A DNA stretch of 64,000 nucleotides, from the NCBI GenBank assembly GCA_951406725.2, contig OX597836.1, positions 42,656,001-42,720,000 of the forward strand, written 5' to 3'. Below, in pieces: positions 13,113-27,827 of the stretch. This DNA comes from Octopus vulgaris. Taxonomy: Eukaryota. Within the stretch, counting starts at the first letter, position 1, and each line of letters opens with the position of its first letter. The notes under the pieces were generated by a model. That model searched no databases. It was not told the origin of the DNA and was given only the letters and a program-made list of their open reading frames with translations. Position numbers and translations under genes: made by a program.

Positions 13113-14531
13113 TCTTTCTTTACTACCCACAAGGGGTTAAACACAGAAGGGACAAACAAGGACAGACAAACGGATTAAGTCGATTACATCGACCCCAGTG
13201 CGTAACTGGTACTTATTTAATCGACCCCGAAAGGATGAAAGGCAAAGTCGACCTCGGCGGAATTTGAACTCAGAACGTAACGGCAGACCAAATACCTATT
13301 TCTTTACTACCCACAATGGGCTAAACACAGAAGGGACAAACAAGGACAGGCAAACGGATTAAGTCGATTATGTATAACTGAGCCGTACAGAAGCAATGAC
13401 CAGTGACCGAGACCTTTGGAGATATGCTGTGCTTGTGAAGCCCTGTCAAGCCATGTGAAATTATAGTCATGACTGATGTCACTTAACTGGTGCTCATGCA
13501 GGTAGCAACAGAGGTACAGAGCACTGTTAGAGCATTGGGCTCCCAGAGGCAAAGTGGCTGAGTTCCTTTCAAGTGTTGGTCCTTACAAAGGCAATGACCA
13601 AGACCTTTGGCACTACATTGTGCTTGAGAAGAAGACCCATCGAGCTGAGCAAAACCACAGTTGTAGTAGATACCTCTTTCTTTACTACCCACAATGGGCT
13701 AAACACAGAAGGGACAAACAAGGACAGGCAAACGGATTAAGTCGATTACATCGACACCAGTGCGTAACTGGTACTTATTTAATCGACCCCGAAAGGATGA
13801 AAGGGCAAAGTCGACCTCGGTGGAATTTGAACTCAGTACGTAGCGGCAGACGAAATACCTATTTCTTTGCTACCCACAATGGGCTAAACACAGAAGGGAC
13901 AAACAAGGACAGACAAACGGATTAAGTCGATTACATCGACCCCAGTGCGTAACTGGTACTTATTTAATCGACCCCAAAAGGATGAAAGGCAAAGTCGACC
14001 TCGGGGAATTTGAACTCAGTACGTAGCGGCAGACGAAATACCTATTTCTTTACTACCCACAATGGGCTAAACACAGAAGGGACAAACAAGGACAGGCAAA
14101 CGGATTAAGTCGATTACATCGACCCCAGTGCGTAACTGGTACTTATTTAATCGACCCCAAAAGGATGAAAGGCAAAGTCGACCTCGGGGAATTTGAACTC
14201 AGAACGTAACGGCAGACGAAATACCTATTTCTTTACTACCCACAATGGGCTAAACACAGAAGGGACAAACAAGGACAGGCAAACGGATTAAGTCGATTAC
14301 ATCGACACCAGTGCGTAACTGGTATTTAATTTATCAACCCCCCCAAAAGGATGAAAGGCAAAGTCGACCTCGGTGGAATTTGAACTCAGAACGTAACGGC
14401 AGACGAAATACCTATTTCTTTACTACCCACAAGGGGCTAAACACAGAGGGGACAAACAAGGACAGACAAACGGATTAAGTCGATTATATCGACCCCAGTG
14501 CGTAACTGGTACTTAATTTATCGATCCCGAA
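13113..14531 (-). mobile_element. Head-to-tail array of SINE family 2 (about 184-bp unit)
   Basis: Repeated GTTCAAATTCC..GCCTTTCATCCTTTCGGGGTCGAT..GTAAAGAAATA units. Other copies or arrays at about 8315-8544, 19852-20232, 22010-22227, 27590-27824, 29442-29673, 31900-32318, 32770-32957, 36584-37174, 56501-56914, 57492-57963. Confidence 0.85.
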
Positions 14532-14539
14532 GTAGCAAG

Positions 14540-14930
14540 ACCTGGACTCTGGATGCAGAAAACATGTAGACTAGAGAGAAATGAAGGTAGTATGCTCTGT
14601 TAGATGTGCAACATCGATGTATGACAAGGTTCAAATGTGTTGAGAGTAAAGTTGGGCCTAAGATGAACCAGATGCAGCAATGCAAAAGCGAAGATTATGC
14701 TGGTTTGGACATGTGATGTATATGAATGAAGATAGCTGTATAAAGAAGTGCTAGTGACTGAGAGTGGATGGCACCTGGTGGAAGAGGGAAAGCCAGGAAG
14801 ACATGGGACGAAGTGGTGAGGACTGATCTCAGGATGTTGTGCGTCATGGAAGCAGATGACAACGGACCGACCGAGATGTCTGGCATTATGAAGACCTTGA
14901 GAAGACCAGCCCACTTCAGTGAAACCGAGT
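14540..14930 (+). mobile_element. RTE-clade LINE 3' fragment
   Basis: RL.WFGHV..MNEDS..KK...V.G...RG.P motif. Confidence 0.7.
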
Positions 14931-17527
14931 CCTAGAAGTGCTGTGGTTTCCACCCTCTCTCTTGTACTCTTTTACTTGTTTCAGTCATTTGACTGCGGCC
15001 ATGCTGGAGCACCGCCTTTAATTTGAGCAACTCGACCCCGGGACTTATTCTTTTGTAAGCCCAGTACTTATTCTATCGGTCTCTTTTGCCGAACCGCTAA
15101 GTAACGGGGACATAAACACACCAGCATCGGTTGTCAAGCAATGCTAGGGGGACAAACATAGACACACAAACACACACACATACATATACATATATATATA
15201 CATATATACGACAGGCTTCTTTTCAGTTTCCATCTACCAAATCCACTCACAAGACTTTTGTCGGCCCAAGGCTATAGTAGAAGACACTTGCCCAAGGTGC
15301 CATGCAGTGGGACTGAACCCGGAACCATGTGGTTGGTAAACAAGCTACTTACCAAACAGCTACTCCTGCGCCCATGTGTAACAACAATAAAACTTCTCTC
15401 ACACCCTGCCCCAACAAACCAAACTCCATCTCTCCTCTTCCCTCTTCCTCACATGCCACCCCTGTCCTACCCTGCTCACTCTATCTAACTCTATCCTGTT
15501 GTCCCCTACCCCCTGCATATACCCAAATTTTACAAGTCACTACCTTTCCCCACACCCCATACTCATTACATTCATAGGAAGTCTCTGCTCCTTACTCATG
15601 CACCTTTGGCAATACCCTACCTATTTCTTTATTACCCACAAGGGGCTAAACACAGAGGGGACAAACAAGGACATCGACCCTAGTGCATAACTGGTACTTA
15701 ATTTATCGACCCCGAAAGGATGAAAGGTAAAGTCGACCTCGGCGGACTTTGAACTCAGAATGTAAAGACAGACGTGCTAATGTTCCTGCCAGCTCGCCGC
15801 CTGTAACTTAGCAATTCGGCAAAAGAGACCGATAGAATAAGTACTAGGCTTATAAAGAATAAGTCCTGGGGTCAATTTGCTTGACTAAAGGCGGTGCTCC
15901 AGCATGGCCGCAGTCAAATGACTGAAACAAGTAAAGGAGTAAGTAATAAAAGGTACCTTGGAAAAGCAGGTAATACCCTACCATTTATATTCTGACCCCC
16001 GTCTTACCTTGAGGGTATGCCAAGGCACTTTGCCACCATCCATCTCTCCCTTGCTCTACTCTACCATCCTATGTATATTTTGATCCCTGTTCCTTGTGGG
16101 CATGCCCTGGCACTTCGCTATCACCTCTCTCCCACTTTCTCCCTTTCTAGCCGGGTGCTCTTCCTGCCGCTTACCCTTACCTGCTTTTCCAAAGTACCTT
16201 TTATTACTTACTCCTTTACTTGTTTCAGTCATTTGACTGCTGCCATGCTGGAGCACCGCCTTTAGTCGAGCAAATCGACCCCGGGACTTATTCTTTGTAA
16301 GCCCAGTACTTATTCTATCGGTCTCTTTTGCCGAACCGCTAAGTTACAGGGACGTAATCACACCAGCATCGGTTGCCAAGCGATGTTAGGGGTACAAACA
16401 CACACACACACGCATATCTATACGTATACATATATATGACAGGCTTCTTTCAGTTTCCGTCTCCCAAATCCACTCACAAGGCTTTGGTGGGCCCGAGTCT
16501 ATAGTAGAAGACACTTGCCCGAGGTGCCACGCAGTGGGACTGAACCCGGAACCATGTGGTTGGTAAGCAATGTCCCCCAAAATAGCAAAGCAAGTGGACG
16601 ATTTGTTTATAGGGTAAAATGACAATGTCACCGCTTGTACCTGAACGATTCTTCAGAGAATCACAAATGCAAACACACACCCACATATACACACAGCAAA
16701 ACAGACGGCTAGACGCCATGCATACATACATCTCTCTACAAATCAATTTACGAAGGTGTCATTAATTCTGTTATTATCCAATATAATAATTTTAAAAATA
16801 ATAATAACAGAATCAATGACACAGGAGTGGCTGTGTGGTAAGTAGCTTGCTAACCAACCACATGGTTCCGGGTTCAGTCCCACTGCGTGGCATCTTGGGC
16901 AAGTGTCTTCTGCTATAGCCCCGGGCCGAACAATGCCTTGTGAGTGGATTTGGTAGACGGAAACTGAAAGAAGCCTGTCGTATATATGTATATATACATA
17001 TATGTATGTGTGTGTTTGTGTGTCTGTGTTTGCCCCCCTAGCATTGCTTGTCAACCGATGCTGGTGTGTTTACGTCTCCGTCACTTAACGATTCGGCAAA
17101 AGAGACCGATAGAATAAGTACTGGGCTTACAAAGAATAAGTCCCGGGGTCGATTTGCTCGACTAAAGGTGGTGCTCCAGCATGACCGCAGTCAAATGACT
17201 GAAACAAGTAAAAGAGTAAAAGAGTAGGCGATAGCAGACCAAAAAATAGCATTAAATAGCCGAGGGATTAAAATTAATCAAAGGACATACTAAGCATGTC
17301 TACCTGCTAGAAATAACAGTCAAAACTCTAATTAAATCGCCAAAAATACACTGATGAAAACTACAGAATTCAAAGGAAGGCAAAATCAGGTTAAGACAAT
17401 CTACTAACATACATTTAAGTATTTGGACTCAGATTGTCTTAACCTGATTTTGCCATCGTTTGATTTCTGTTGTGTATTTTTGTTTCAAGCAGGTAGTCAT
17501 ACTTAGTATGTCCTCTGATTAAATTTA

Positions 17528-17617
<90 letters not shown>

Positions 17618-17765
17618 GAAGGAGTTCAGGACTAGAACTGTTTCATTCAAGAGAAATCATCAGTTCTAGTCCTGTAGAACTCCTTCTATATAATAAATTA
17701 ATTTTACTCTGCTATGTATTGAGTACCTTATTTACTGTGGTTAACCCCGAATCAACCCGGGACCT

Positions 17766-17798
<33 letters not shown>

Positions 17799-18269
17799 CA
17801 ACAATTGAGGGTAAAATTAATTAATTATTAATCAATTTCACCAAGTGTTCAGTATGAGGGACGATTTACCTTACATTATATAAAAGGCTTAGTAAAATAA
17901 ATTACTTGCCGAATACTGAACTCATTAGAAATAGCAGCTAAAAAACTTTTTAAAGCTATTTCTAATACTATATATATAGTGTTTGCTTAATTCAACTCAC
18001 AAATATGCACTCTAAGGGAGATAAATGTAAATGTGTTCAGAGTTACCTCCCTTAGCTCGATTAATCTGTTCGCGTTTTGCAATCAAGTATGCATTTACAC
18101 CAGTTCACACGACTAACCTCCAAAACTATCGCATTTATTTCTCCGTCAACGATTTTTCAGTCACCCTTGACTGCACATTAAAACAATGACGACGACAAAA
18201 TCACCAAATATACTTTAAGTCATTAACTACTTAGGGACCAAAATCTTCTTACAGGAGAGAAAACGATAA

Positions 18270-18873
18270 GGACCTTTACCTTTTGACCGACAGATTTAAA
18301 AAATAGTTTTTTGTAACTAAACACTTTCAAACTTCGGACACTGGTAGAATGTGTCATATTAAACATCTTTTACTCTTAGCATTTTTGAGAAAAACTTGTA
18401 TTTACGAAGTTATTTCACGTTAAGGTAGTCGTGTTTCGGTTATTTCAACCAATCAATGACGTGTATTCAGCTGAATAAAATTACTGTTGTTGTTTGTTAA
18501 CAACAACTATCGGCGGTGTATATTTCGTTTTTCACGGTTATTTATGACATCGTTTGTGCATTTGTACTGGTTTTAAGGTTTTAGGGTTAGGGTTGTCATA
18601 AATAACAGTGACAAACGAAATATACACCGCTGGAAGTTCTTGTTGAGAAACAATAGCAGTAATTTTATTCAGCTGAATACACATCATTGATTGGTTGAAA
18701 TTACCAAAATATGACTACTTTGACGTGAAATTACTTCGTAAATTAAAATTATTCTCAAAAATGCTAAGAGTAAAAGATGTTTTATATGACACATTCTACC
18801 AGTGTCCGAAGTTTGAAAGTGTTTAGTTACAAAAAATTATTTTTTAAATCTGTGGATCAAAAGGTAAAGATCC
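18270..18873. mobile_element. Related long-TIR MITE (fold-back)
   Basis: GGACCTTTACC...GGTAAAGATCC ends, about 275-bp arms, TTAGGG repeats at the centre, near-TSD AACGATAA/AAAGATAA. Confidence 0.75.
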
Positions 18874-19164
18874 AAAGATAAACAATGCTCATAAGGAAAA
18901 TCCAGTTATAAAAATTCAGGCTCTACTCTTTCTCATTTGCAAAATGAGTCCCCTTTAATTTTGCTCAGCTTGCTTTCTATTTTGGTGTATTGATGCGACT
19001 CTAAATTTTGATTACAATAAACCAATTACTCCAGCCGCGTGTTTTGTTTTAATTTTTCTGTGTGTTAATATATTACATATTTTTCTGTGTTTCTGTGTGT
19101 TAGTATTTTTAAATATTGTTCATTTCATTTATGTTATTTTTATCGTAGTTTATAAATCCATCCA

Positions 19165-19580
19165 GGATCTTTTCGGTTTGAACGGCAGTTTTTAACATAA
19201 TTTCTAGGTAACTAAAAAATTTTAAACTTCGTATACTGGTAGAATGTATTTATAAAACATCTTTTTCTCTTGGCTTTATTGAGAAAATTCTATGGTTTGT
19301 AAGATATTTGTTGTTTTTTTTTCTGCAATTTCAACCAATCAATGACGTCCATTGAGGTAAAAAAAACATTCTGTGCCGTATGAATATGTCCCTCGTTTAA
19401 GAAACAGATTTGGTTTATTTACATTTGTGAAGAAAAAAAGATACCCTCCCCCCAAAAAAACCCTAACCCTAACCCTAAAACAGATTGAAGTGCAATAGAT
19501 CGATACTGGGGTCATAATTATGGGTGACAATTTCATATGACACCGCTTGAAAAAAACCGCCGTTCAAATCGAAAAGATCC
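19165..19580. mobile_element. Same MITE family, flanked by a 139-bp duplication
   Basis: Same TIRs; 19022-19160 repeated at 19581-19719. Confidence 0.85.
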
Positions 19581-20229
19581 CCAATTACTCCACCCACGTG
19601 TTTTGTTTTAATTTTTCTGTGTGTTAGTATATTACATATTTTTCTGTGCTTCTGTGTGTTAGTATTTTTAAATATTGTTCATTTTATTTATGTTATTTTT
19701 ATCGTAGTTTATAAATCCAAGCATGAAAACGTTACTCAGCTTTTGAAATTTGAAGAATATACACTTGTATATATACACTTCACACATATACACTTGTATA
19801 TGAATACATACATCCACATACACTTATATATTAATGATGTACACAAATAAGGCAAGCCGGACGAAATGTCTAGTGGTATTTCGTTTGCCGTTACGTTCTT
19901 GAGTTCAAATTCCACCGAGGTCGACTTTGCCTTTCATATTTTCGAGGTCGATAAATTAAGTACCAGTTACGCACTGGGTCGATATAATCTACTTAATACG
20001 TTTGTCTGTCCTTATTTGTCCCCTCTTTGTTTAGTCCCTTGTGGGTAGTAAAGAAATAGGTATTCCGTCTGCCGTTACGTTCTGAGTTCAAATTCCGCCG
20101 AGGTCGACTTTGCCTTTTATCCTTTCGGGGTCGATAAATTCAGTACCAGTTAATCACTGGGGTCGAAGTAATCGACTTAATCTCCTTGTTTGTCCCCTCT
20201 ATGTTTAGCCCTCTGTGGGTAATAAAGGA

Positions 20230-21200
20230 ATAACCAAAATGTCTAGAAATGGGAGCTGTTCCTTGCTATATTTCATTGTAAATTGGATGTTGGGGTTTAT
20301 ATTGTTCAGTGTGGATTTGAAATCCAGGAGTTTATCATAGGTTTCATTCCTGATGATAAAGCAATCGTCTAGGTACCTTTTCCAGTTTTCTCTTTTGTAC
20401 AGGTGGAATGGGGTTCCAAATTTTTGGAGCGAAAGTTCATATAGGGTAGATTCAAAGACACCCATTATTAGATTCGCATGGACAGGCGCTGCTTTCGTTC
20501 CCATTGCAATACTGCATTTTTGGCGGAAGTATGTTGTATCGAATAGGAAGTAATTGTTTTGTAGGATGAACTTCAGGGATTCAATGACAAAGGTCTGGTT
20601 TATGCGGTCCGGGAGAATTTCGGGATATTTTTCTAACCAGAATTTTATTGTCTCTATTCCGTAGTCATGTGGAATGTTAGTGTAGAGGTTGATGTCATCG
20701 AAAGACACCAATAGAGCTTCTTCGTTGGTGGTTTTTGGTAGATGCTCAGGTTGTAGCCACAATTATGTGGGCCAAACGAGCCCTACTTTGAGACGTAGTG
20801 TCACGCTGCATAAAGAAATTCGTTCCCCTCAATACAGGCAGATTGCACTGAGCGGACATATCGACAGATGCGCAAGTAATAAAACGCCGAATTTTCATGT
20901 CTTCCCATTATACCAATGCAAAGATTCAATCTCAGTACAAGAACGCCTAAACGAGGAAAACCTGTTCGTACAGAAGTACAGACCACACCTCAATATACAA
21001 ATTTGACCGTTTTAAAAAATTATACTTAGGAGCCAGTTGTCCCCCTTGCCACCTATTGCTTCCCTTGGTTCACTCTCTAGACTCATTCTTCATATTCTTC
21101 AAACATCCAAAATGATGCGATCCTCTGTCACGAGAACTGATTACTGTACAATATCCCTTGAAAAGCTAATTTAAATAGCGAAAACCGGCTGGATTTCACG
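20230..21200. mobile_element. Penelope-like retroelement relic: RT fragment on - strand (about 20230-20742) fused to GIY-YIG endonuclease C-terminus on + strand (about 20740-21006)
   Basis: RT motifs SFDDINLYTNIP, IAMGTKAAP..ANL, WKRYLDDCF. Endonuclease motifs C..C..NYVGQT..LRR and RLNEE..F....P.LN. Degenerate TTGAAAA-type hammerhead at 21153-21194. Confidence 0.85.
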
Positions 21201-21359
21201 ACATCCATATAATATGTGTATATTTATAAAAAGATATTAAACTATATGAAACGAAGGCATTTCTCTTCCACTTTTTATATTTTCCAAATATTTTCAACTC
21301 ATAATTTTGTCACGTGGTGTATACTGAATCTTCAGTATCTTTACACCTTGCATGTTTTT

Positions 21360-21430
<71 letters not shown>

Positions 21431-21477
21431 CACAAATAGATATATACATATATGTATATACAAATATATATATAAAT

Positions 21478-21557
<80 letters not shown>

Positions 21558-22237
21558 TTGCGTCAGAAATTAATTAGCACTTCTCAAATTTCTACATTAA
21601 ATAGGTTAAATCAATTAACCTATAAGCTGTTCAAAACGTCTCACGCGATGAGAAAACTTAGTATGGTGTGATTTCGGTCCTTGCGAGGCGCTACCTATAT
21701 CTATTAAACAAAGGAAGATTTGTCTGCATCCGCACTCCAAGTTGTTGTTGCACTGCTATGTCAACATCATAAGGCTGTAGACTCTCAAACTGCTCTGCAA
21801 ACAAAGTTACGTCATCGTTCTGCGCAACAGTGAACTCGCAACAAAGCAATAGTTCAAGATATGGCCACTAGGTGACAGCACATACCTTGAGTGAAGAGCA
21901 AATCAAGGGTGCTAATTAATTTCTGACGGTAGTGTATATATATACCCACACACATATGTATATATATATGTATATGTGTATATATATATATGTATATACA
22001 TGTTTCTTTATTACCCACAAGGGGCGAAACAGAGGGGACAAACAAGGACAGACAAACGAATTAAGTCAATTACATCGACCCCAGTGCGTAATTGGTACTT
22101 AATTTATCAACCCCGAAAGGATGAAAGGCAAATTCGACCTCGGCGGAATTTGAACTCAGAACGTAACGGCAGACGAAATACGGCTACGCATTTCGCCCGG
22201 TGTGCTAACGGTTCTGCCAGCTCACCATATACAAATG

Positions 22238-23773
22238 TGTAGTTAACGACCGTACGTAAAGGAGATGGTGACAGAAATATCTCCTTTTAAAAGCCGCACG
22301 GTCGCCTCACAAAGAATAAAGCCGAATATCTCTCTATATATAAACGGCAGTTTGTCTGTGCGTGTTTCTGTGTGTCTGTTTGCTTGTACCCTCACCCTGA
22401 CCACGGCTTTCAACCGATTCTGATGAAACTTGACACACACATAGCCCAATGTCATAATTCAAAACTAACGCAGCGAAAATTTTGAAAAGTTCCCCCAGTT
22501 CTGAAAAAAATCGATAAATTCGACATGGGGTCGAGAATCAGAAACACAAACCACAGACCGTCTAGGGGACGCAACTCCACCTTTTTTAACTCTCAAAAAA
22601 ATTTACCATCATTTTTTTCCATTTTTTTGCTTTTTTCTGGCTATAACTCTCTAAAAATGCTTTATAGTTATTTCCCTTACAAACCTGAGCAACGCCGGGC
22701 GATACTGCTAGTATGGTATAAAAGAATAAGAGTGCCAGTAAAGAATAAGGAGGAAAACACAACCGTTCTACTGTTTGAGAGAAAGACTTTATTTACAGGT
22801 GTGTGTACAATAATGATAAGAGCGTGTGTGAGTGCTAGCAGAGTGGAGTGTCTTAGTGCGTGCACATAGGTGTGTCCGTGTGTGGCAGAGTGTTTGTCTA
22901 TGAGTGCGTGTGTCTGTGTGTCCGTTGTAAGTACTAACAACGATACGTGCGATAAGTGTGTGTTATAAGAGTGAAATAACAATACAGAGCAAAGAAATGT
23001 GTCGCTCAGGATATTTCAGGCAAGATAGAGTTAATTACCAGTTCAGAATATGACACGCCATAGCAGTGGTTCTGTATCAAGGAGGTCGGTGGTCACAAGT
23101 GCAGATGCCGGTTGAACACATGTCGTGTAGCGGTTGTGGCTTCGGTGCTGTGCCAAGTTACTTTGGTACAGAAGATATCGCAGGTAGAGCTGAGCTGTTA
23201 GCCTTGGTGAGTATCACAACAGCATAAAAGTTAAACCTGAGCGACTTGCTGTGTACGTATAGGCGTTGGTGGAGACGACGTGAAGTTGAAGGGCAACGAT
23301 AAGCTAAGGCGTCGATGGTAATGACGGCGTCAAGGTGAAGTCGACGATGTTGAGGGCGACGGCGGAGAAAGGCGATGTTGAGGTGAAGGCGACAGTGGTG
23401 GAAAACGTCCTGCTTGATGGTGTATGTTGGTGTCATCGCAGGAACATGACTGGGTCGCTGGAACTGGCTGGTCTGGTTTGTTGCTAGCTGCTGTACGGTC
23501 AATCGTCAGAGACCAAAGACAGAGATATAGCGAATTCTGGGGCCTTTTAAAGCAGAAGGTAGGGTCCAGTGAAAAGACTGTGTCATGGGACCTTATCCAA
23601 AGGCCGTGATTGGTTGGCTTACACACTGGCGCGAAATAAGACTGCACCAAAACCAACCAATCAGAGTAGCGGACACAACTGATCCTAAGCAGCCGAAAGA
23701 TGGCTGCTATCTAACACGACATTATTTCTATGATCTCTCTCAAACAGTGAGGATATCACCGAGCTACGCTACA
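22238..23773 (-). mobile_element. Solo LTR (Gypsy-like) with nested Helitron
   Basis: TGTAG...CTACA termini, 4-bp TSD AATG, AATAAA on - strand near 22790, CpG-rich body. Confidence 0.65.
22329..22711 (+). mobile_element. Non-autonomous Helitron
   Basis: A|TC start, subterminal GC hairpin, CTAG|T end, no TSD. Confidence 0.8.
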
Positions 23774-23794
23774 AATGTATCTTCATATATACAA

Positions 23795-23868
<74 letters not shown>

Positions 23869-24550
23869 TATGATATCTCTTATGATAATCTCATATTCTT
23901 ATGATAAAAGGCAGATTTTATCTGCCTCTCACATAGTTTGTTTTTAATAAAATTGTACAATATAGAATTTCTTCAATTGGAATTTACCTATGATTTTTCG
24001 AAGTAGATTCCACTGGGTCATGGCATATAAATTTTTTTCAATTTGACCCCCAATTAAGCAAAAATTCGAGAAAACTAAATATTTTACGATTTGCCTCTCT
24101 AATTTCAACTGCTTCACTCCTTCTATTATCACACTTTCTTCTACTTTCTCTTTGCAAGTGTACCTTCAACCACTACACAAAAAAAAAATACACTGGAAAC
24201 AGAAACAAATAAATACATAACGATTTACTCCTCACACAATTTCTTCAATTGGAATTTACCTATGATTTTTCGAAGTGCATTCCATTCTATATTTTATAAA
24301 TTAAAATTGGTTTTAATTTACTTTCTGTCGCTAAGTTTTGGTCGTATTAATTTGCGAGTGTACTTCAGTTGTCAATTGTTGAAAGAAAGAAATTTTAAGC
24401 TAAGAAGGTGTGTGTATGTGTGTGTGTGCGTGCGTGTGTGTGTGTGTGTGTATGAGTGTGTGTGTGTGTGTGTGTGTAGGAAATGAAGGATAAAAATATG
24501 GCAAGAAGTGGACAGATGTACATATATACATACAGCCATCCATACATACA

Positions 24551-24591
<41 letters not shown>

Positions 24592-24609
24592 TAATGTGTG
24601 TGTGTTATT

Positions 24610-24997
24610 TCTCTATATATAATGCTGAAGTTGTCTGTGTGCGCCAGGTTTGGTAACCTTCAACTAACACTATCTCCTCCGAGACCCTGCGGCGCAAGTT
24701 GACCAAAATTGAGAGTATGATAGAAGAAGGGTTGCTCTTCCTTCGGTAGAAAATAAAATTCAAATCGGACCATGTTAACACCAAAAATTATTTACATCAA
24801 AAAGGTGCTTTTTTCTATGAAAATCCTTACTTTTTACGATTTTTTCACTGCTGTGTCGCCACTTTTCGGTGTATTTCAACCAGAAAAATGTTCACTTGAA
24901 GAGAATAACAAGCTACATAATGCAAAATTTTTACTTTTCAAAAATTTCAATTCCAGCGGGTCGAAACAAACCCGAGCAACGCCGGGCGATACTGCTA

Positions 24998-24998
<1 letters not shown>
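24610..24998 (+). mobile_element. Non-autonomous Helitron
   Basis: TCTCTATATATAA start; CCCGAGCAACGCCGGG hairpin; CTAG|T. Confidence 0.75.
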
Positions 24999-25056
<58 letters not shown>

Positions 25057-25604
25057 ACCCAAAATCCCAAAAGAATATTTTTTCTCTCTCATGTTCTATC
25101 TTTAACCAGCCTAACTCTGATCCCCCCCTCTCTCTCTGTTTCTCTCTCTCTTTCTGTTTCGATAACCACTTGCTTCTCCAACACTTACACCCTCCTATAT
25201 AAACCCTATATAAACTAGCTCACTCAGATTCCGCTACTTCATCTTAATAACCCCCCCCCCCACCCAAAGAATACAAATCCAGAAAATGTTCAAATAAGAA
25301 ATCTTGTTTTTCAACTTCGTACGTCTAACACTTCCCTTTTTCCCGCGTAGATCACAACCCCCTTATTAGTTCTTTTCATTATTCTATCTATTTCATTTCC
25401 TATGTAAACATAGTTTCGTCTTCCCTTAAGTTCCCTTCGCTCGATCCAATTCTCCCTCTTTCACGTGCATTTACTGTTGTCCCTTATTCATTCATTTCTC
25501 TCATTTGGGCTCACTGATTGGCTGAGCGAAAATTTTAAGATTTTCAGTTCTATCTCATTATTATCATGTTATTCCCTGACACCAGCAGCATTGCTGTTTC
25601 GTGG

Positions 25605-26235
<631 letters not shown>

Positions 26236-26321
26236 AACGATGAAAAGGAACACACGAGTTGATATATATGAAAAAATAAGTCAAAATAGAAAATGCTAAA
26301 ATAATTTTATAAAGAACATTT

Positions 26322-26359
26322 CAGTACCGGTTTCAGTCATTTTGAGACCTTTTCAACTG
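26322..26359 (-). ncRNA. Minimal hammerhead-like motif (C3U/G8A variant)
   Basis: CAG TTGAAAA GGTC tcaaaat GACT GAAAC cg GTA CTG. Confidence 0.5.
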
Positions 26360-26607
26360 TAACGATTAAATAATTAAATTTAGATAAATTAAAAGAAATA
26401 TTTTTTTAAAGGAAGGGAGAGTTTACGAAAAAAAGCAAAAGACGAAGACAGGTGGTGCACAAAACAAACAGATGTATTTGTATAACGCTCAGGAATAGAG
26501 AAAGTCTTTTAGGTTTCGAGCCTACGCTCTTCTACAAAAAGGGACACAGAAAAAAAAAAAAGGAGAGAAAAAAAGTGTGTGGTGGCTAACGATCTATCAT
26601 GGCGACT

Positions 26608-26675
<68 letters not shown>

Positions 26676-27827
26676 AGAGTTTACGAAAAAAAACAAAAGA
26701 CGAAGACAGGTGGTGTACAAAACAAACGGATGTATTAGTATAACGCTCAGGAATAGAAAAAGTCTTTTATGTTTTGAGCCAACGCTCTTCTACAGAAAGG
26801 GAGGGAAAAAGAAATGTGTGTAGTGGCTATCGATCTATCATATATATGACAGGTGGGGAGAAAGCAGCAATACAGTGTGCAGGGCAGTGAGTGCAGAGAA
26901 GGGGAGTGAGAGACAATCATAATTTATGAAGAGGAAATGTGAGAAAGAGAAAGGTGCAGCTTAGAAGAGCTGTTACTCTCTCTCTTTTACTCTTTTACTT
27001 GTTTCAGTCATTTGACTGCGACCATGCTGGAGCACCGCCTTTAGTCGAGCAAATCGACCCCGGGACTTATTCTTTGTAAGCCCAGTACTTATTCTATCGG
27101 TCGTCTCTTTTGTCGAACCGCTAAGGGACGGGAACGTAAACACACCAGCATCGGTTGTCAAGCAATGCTAGGGGGACAAACACAGACACACAAGCATACA
27201 CACACACACATATACATACATATATACGACGGGCTTCTTTCAGTTTCCGTCTACCAAATTCACTCACAAGGCATTGGTCGGCCCGAGGCTATAATAGAAG
27301 ACACTTGCCCAAGGTGCCACGCAGTGGGTCTGAACCCGGAACCATGTGCTTGGTAAGCAAGCTACTTACCACACAGCCACTCCTGCGCCTATTGTTCAGT
27401 TTCTTAGGGTAGAGTAGGTGAAAAGTGTGTTGTTACATGTGGGTGGGACACAACACTTCTAGAACTCAGGTTCACTGACGTTAGAGGGTCTTCTCTAGAA
27501 CCTCATATCGCATGATATTTTGGCCCATTCTCATTTCCTCCATGAGCCCTAGCATTTCCTCCATGAGCCCTAATACCACTTTATTCCATACCTATTTCTT
27601 TACTACCCACAAGGGGCTAAACACAGAGGGGACAAACAAGGACAGACATAGGTATGAAGTCGATTACATCGACCCCAGTGCGTAACTGGTACTTAATTTA
27701 TCGACACCGAAAGGATGAAAGGCAAAGTCGACCTCAGCGGAATTTGAACTCAGAACGTAACGACAGACGAAATACGGCTACGCATTTCGCCCGGCGTGCT
27801 GACGTTTCTGCCAGCTCGCCGCCTTCT

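Noticed and set aside
23158-23947. Overlapping 60-120 aa ORFs
   Set aside because: They lie within or run out of a GC-rich solo LTR, with no protein motifs
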